DNA of 64,000 nt, from the NCBI RefSeq assembly GCF_964355755.1, contig NC_092680.1, positions 22,143,045 through 22,207,044 on the forward strand. The letters are read 5' to 3'. The first letter of the stretch is position 1. Every line of letters starts with the position of its first letter. Below are positions 61,301-64,000 of the stretch, piece after piece. The translations under genes were made by a program, and so were the position numbers. The DNA comes from Antedon mediterranea. Lineage: Eukaryota > Animalia > Echinodermata. The notes beneath the pieces were generated by a model. It ran no database searches, had not been told where the DNA came from, and saw only the letters and a program-made list of their open reading frames with translations.

Positions 61301-63820
61301 AGTAAATATAGAATGAACTTTAGTTGTTTCAATATAAAATTTAATAACAAAAAGAGAGTTTCGTTTCGGTGCCATCATAGAACTATTTTCAAGATCCAGT
61401 AACTACAAAACAATAATAAATATGTGCACTAAGCACCAAAGTTGGTGACAGGAAATGCTACTGAGGGCTAATTAAGTAATTAGCTCCTCCTACTGAGTTA
61501 GATAAACAATTTAGCTTTGATGGAATCCGATTGTTTATTGAGTGTAGGTTTTAACTCATTACATTACATATTAAAGATGTATTGTCCCTTGAAACACAAA
61601 AAAATGAAGGTCAAAATATTCTAAATTTAAATTGGCCATATCAAAGTAATATTAAAATTATTCACTTAAAGTCGAAAATTCGAGCCAAAAACAACAAGTT
61701 TACGTAATTAACAGGTAAATTAATTTGATTACATTTGTCTGGAAAATCGTCTCGAGCGAAAGTAAACAAAGATTTCAAACCACGAGTACGCATTATGCAT
61801 ATGCTAATTAGGATTGTTTACAACTCGTCACAGTTCAGAAGGTATTTTCACACAGATCGTGAGGAAGTTTTATGACTATGCATACAGAGTAGCCAAACAA
61901 GCGCGTTTCATTATGGGATATGTTTTGATTGAAAACTTTGACTGGAAGTTAACAAAAAAACGTCTGTATTTCAGTTAAATGATTTTTTTTTCGAAAAATT
62001 TTTGGTGATAGTTAATAACTATTATGATACTTCAAAATGACCCACCTTTTTTCGAAATCTTTTATTTTTTATTTTTTTAGAATTAGTCAAAGGGACAATA
62101 CATATATATATATTTTTTTTTTTCAATTATCTAGTTGGAAAACCAAAGTGTATTTTAGAGGATGAGACACCAATAACAAAACGTAAGTACTTTATTGGAA
62201 TTTATGGTTTATATACTTTTTAATTTTAAACTTTGTGTGGGACTGTTATTAAGTGGTTTGGCAGTGTTTAAATTTACCTAATACCACTCTTGTATTTGAA
62301 AGCCAGATATCTAGAAAGAACACTGAAATCCTACTTTTACCGGAAAAGGTCTTTAAGTTCTAGAGCCATATACATGCTGCCATAAATAAGAATGTACTCT
62401 CATATCTTACTTGGAATTAATTAGTTAAATGATAGCTAAATAAACAAATACACAATTATATTATGTTTCTTATTAATGAATGTACAGATTATGTTAACTG
62501 GTACTGGTTGGTTGGATGTATTGCTGTAATTATTATAAATTGATCAAAACTTATTTGACCAATTAATTTATTCACATCAATAACGCTTTGAAATTGTTTG
62601 AAAAAGAAACAAAAAAGATGATATTAATATTAACAGGCATAGAATAAATTCTACTATCCAGCTGAGTGATATACTGAAAATTAATTAATTATAAAGATGA
62701 GGAAATATATAATAAATATATTTATTTCATTCCATCCATGTCTGTCTCAATCTACTCTCACTTGCACTGAGTGTTGCCTGAACGCTCTGCAATTTATTTC
62801 TGGCTGTTTTACTTTTCACTAAAATGATGAAATTATGACGAATAAAATTAAAATAGATTGTTTGTATGATTACATTTTAACAACAGCAGTGAAGTATAAA
62901 TGTAATAATGATTATTTACATAAAGATTAAACTAAATATTTTATAATAGTGATCTATGTAACATAATGTTCACAGCACAGTAAATCCCTTTAATATTGTC
63001 ATTTAATTTTAACACTTTTATAATAGTTTCTTCATTTAATTTACTTGTTTCTGTGTTATTTATTTTTTTATATATTCATAAAGCAACACTAGACTCTATA
63101 TTAACCTCTGTGACACCAGCAGAACCAGCACTTCCAGGGAGTTCCACTCCATCCCCTAGTATACCTACATTTCCAGAAATTGAAGAACAGGAAATTGAAC
63201 TGCTTCAAATGGAAAGAACCCTAACACCAGTAAAAGAAGAAAAAAAACCTTCACCTATATCAGCCAAAAAAGACACGTTGACTCCTGTTCTTATTGATGA
63301 GAGTAAACCACTAGAGAAAGAAAAAACACCAACCCCTGAACCTACTCCTACACCTTTGAAAGAAAGATCACCAACACCAGTGAAAGAAGAAACACCAACC
63401 CCTGAACCTACTCCTACACCTTTGAAAGAAAGATCACCAACACCAGTGAAAGAAGAAACACCAAAACCTCCTACACCTTTGAAAGAAAGAACACTTACAC
63501 CAGTAAAAGAAGAAACACCAACACCTTTGAAAGAAAGAACACCAACCCCAGTGAAGGAAGAAACACCAAAGCCCCTAACACCATTGAAAGAAAGAACACC
63601 AACACCAGTGGAGGAAGAAACACCAAAGCCCCCTACACCATTGAAAGAAAGAACACCAACACCAGTGGAGGAAGAAACACCAACTCCTCAAATTCCACAG
63701 AGAATTCCAACTCCTCCACCGGCCCCACCAGTAAGGGTAATGATTCCAGTAATACTTAAACGAAAAAAAGAACTAACTCCATTGGTGGAAGAAGAAGATT
63801 TAGCTGCAGGTTATGACCAA
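47392..63820 (+). CDS. RP1: RP1-family (oxygen-regulated protein 1-like) protein: 2 DCX, 2 PLAT/LH2, 2 FGF-like beta-trefoil, PTP-rich repeats; 3'-incomplete
   Basis: Exons 47392-47985, 49675-49861, 50776-50936, 51236-51322, 51596-51728, 51864-52015, 52371-52449, 52857-52935, 53376-53446, 54156-54169, 57003-57138, 57724-57827, 57917-58093, 59773-59988, 60287-60464, 62135-62182, about 63084(or 63120)-about 63820. AKKIKFFKSGDSNFGG..LPYGVRTIHTPGG resembles RP1 DCX1. PLAT motifs AGTEANVYLTIIGNHGDTG, GWFLDKV, FPCQRW. Confidence 0.85.
50235..50850 (+). repeat. 105-bp tandem array, 6 copies, of acceptor + first 75 nt of exon 50776
   Basis: ttattttcttctaag|gtggaaggtggaaagtttct...tcattaactg repeated. 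AGs end at 50250, 50355, 50460, 50565, 50670 and 50775. Confidence 0.95.
52431..52595 (+). repeat. 57-bp tandem array, 3 copies, of exon end + donor
   Basis: catgatactacagattctg|gtaagttgacaacatttacaaacatttctat. Donors at 52450, 52507 and 52564. Confidence 0.93.
54156..54169 (+). CDS. 14-nt microexon of the RP1-like gene
   Basis: ctaac branch point, polypyrimidine tract, tacag|tggaaaaagaaatg|gtaagc. Converts the phase-1 end of exon 53446 to the phase-0 start of exon 57003. Confidence 0.8.
54733..56501. repeat. 42-bp minisatellite (about 35 copies) interrupted by an LTR fragment
   Basis: Unit aactttgttgtgtgcctgatgtggtttgatgcattcatcctg. Confidence 0.95.
55015..55282 (+). mobile_element. LTR retrotransposon (Gypsy-like) fragment: LTR + PBS + inverted PBS
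   Basis: tgt...aataaa...taaca (about 174 bp) followed by tt-tggcgacgaggat. Reverse complement atcctcgtcgccaa at the right end. Confidence 0.6.
58253..58306 (-). ncRNA. Type I hammerhead ribozyme
   Basis: Minus strand: ttgac CTGACGA gtgtgttagc ttt gctagcatac GAAAC aaattt GTA gtcaa. Stem I ttgac/gtcaa, palindromic stem III loop. Confidence 0.85.
58398..58446 (-). ncRNA. Type I hammerhead ribozyme
   Basis: Minus strand: gtctc CTGATGA gtgagt tgcacg actcac GAAAC aagcct GTA gagac. Confidence 0.85.
58531..59170 (-). pseudogene. Penelope-like element GIY-YIG endonuclease (C-terminal part of the RT-EN ORF)
   Basis: KISYSCMNN..CNCR..CPLSGNC..VIYQ..TYIGLTENDFKTRYRNH..ELSKHIW..CNLCLKEK..LNKRNEL..CRH. 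Confidence 0.85.
59348..59396 (-). ncRNA. Type I hammerhead ribozyme (second pseudo-LTR copy)
   Basis: Identical to 58398-58446. Confidence 0.85.
60427..61170 (+). repeat. 67-69-bp tandem array, 11 copies, of exon end + donor
   Basis: tgaatctaatgtacgactgtatgcagaagttatacaat|gtaagtatta..cagttacttactgtac. The first copy is the true end of exon 60287-60464. Confidence 0.95.
61575..62103. mobile_element. TTAA-type non-autonomous element, copy 3 (opposite orientation)
   Basis: ttaa-agatgtattgtccc...gggacaatacat(at)n. Reverse complement of 19028-19577. Confidence 0.8.
63310..63690 (+). repeat. Coding repeats (LKERTPTPVKEETPKPPTP) in the RP1-like exon
   Basis: ORF 62996-63910. About 6 imperfect copies with synonymous variation. 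Confidence 0.85.
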
Positions 63821-64000
63821 GTATTATTGTTCTTCAATGTGTTGAGTTGTCAGCAGCTTTGCTTTGCAATACACTACAATATATACTTACTTACGAAAGG
63901 ATGTAAATGATAGGTTGTCAGCTATGAATGTCTTCTAATAATTTATTGTTTTGGTTTTGTTTAAACAAAGATAAAACAACATGGATCAAACATCTATATA

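Overview
AT-rich, intron-rich invertebrate animal DNA. It holds three spliced + strand genes: (1) the 3' part of a TRPN1/NompC mechanosensory channel (ankyrin-repeat exons plus one large transmembrane exon, <1-13770); (2) a complete MAK/ICK(CILK1)-family ciliary kinase (25853-37609, one GC-AG intron); (3) an RP1-family gene (2x DCX, 2x PLAT/LH2, 2x FGF-like beta-trefoil, Pro/Thr/Glu-rich repeats; 47392->64000). Introns and intergenic DNA carry non-autonomous DNA transposons (hAT, PIF/Harbinger, TTAA-type, foldback, Helentron-like), a LINE 3' fragment, an LTR+PBS fragment, a tRNA-Ile-like element, a Penelope-like element with hammerhead ribozymes and about 15 unrelated minisatellites. The most unusual signals are: tandem arrays built from the genes' own exon-intron junctions, which create stacks of duplicate splice sites, an in-frame candidate new micro-exon and AG|GT units; a frame-essential 14-nt microexon in the RP1-like gene; three intact antisense and one broken sense hammerhead in one intron; tiny CA..TG hairpins with 7-bp target duplications that look like P-element excision footprints; and the adjacency of MAK with its known substrate family RP1 and with TRPN1. 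Exon boundaries were read by eye and could be off by a few nt. The species was not determined.
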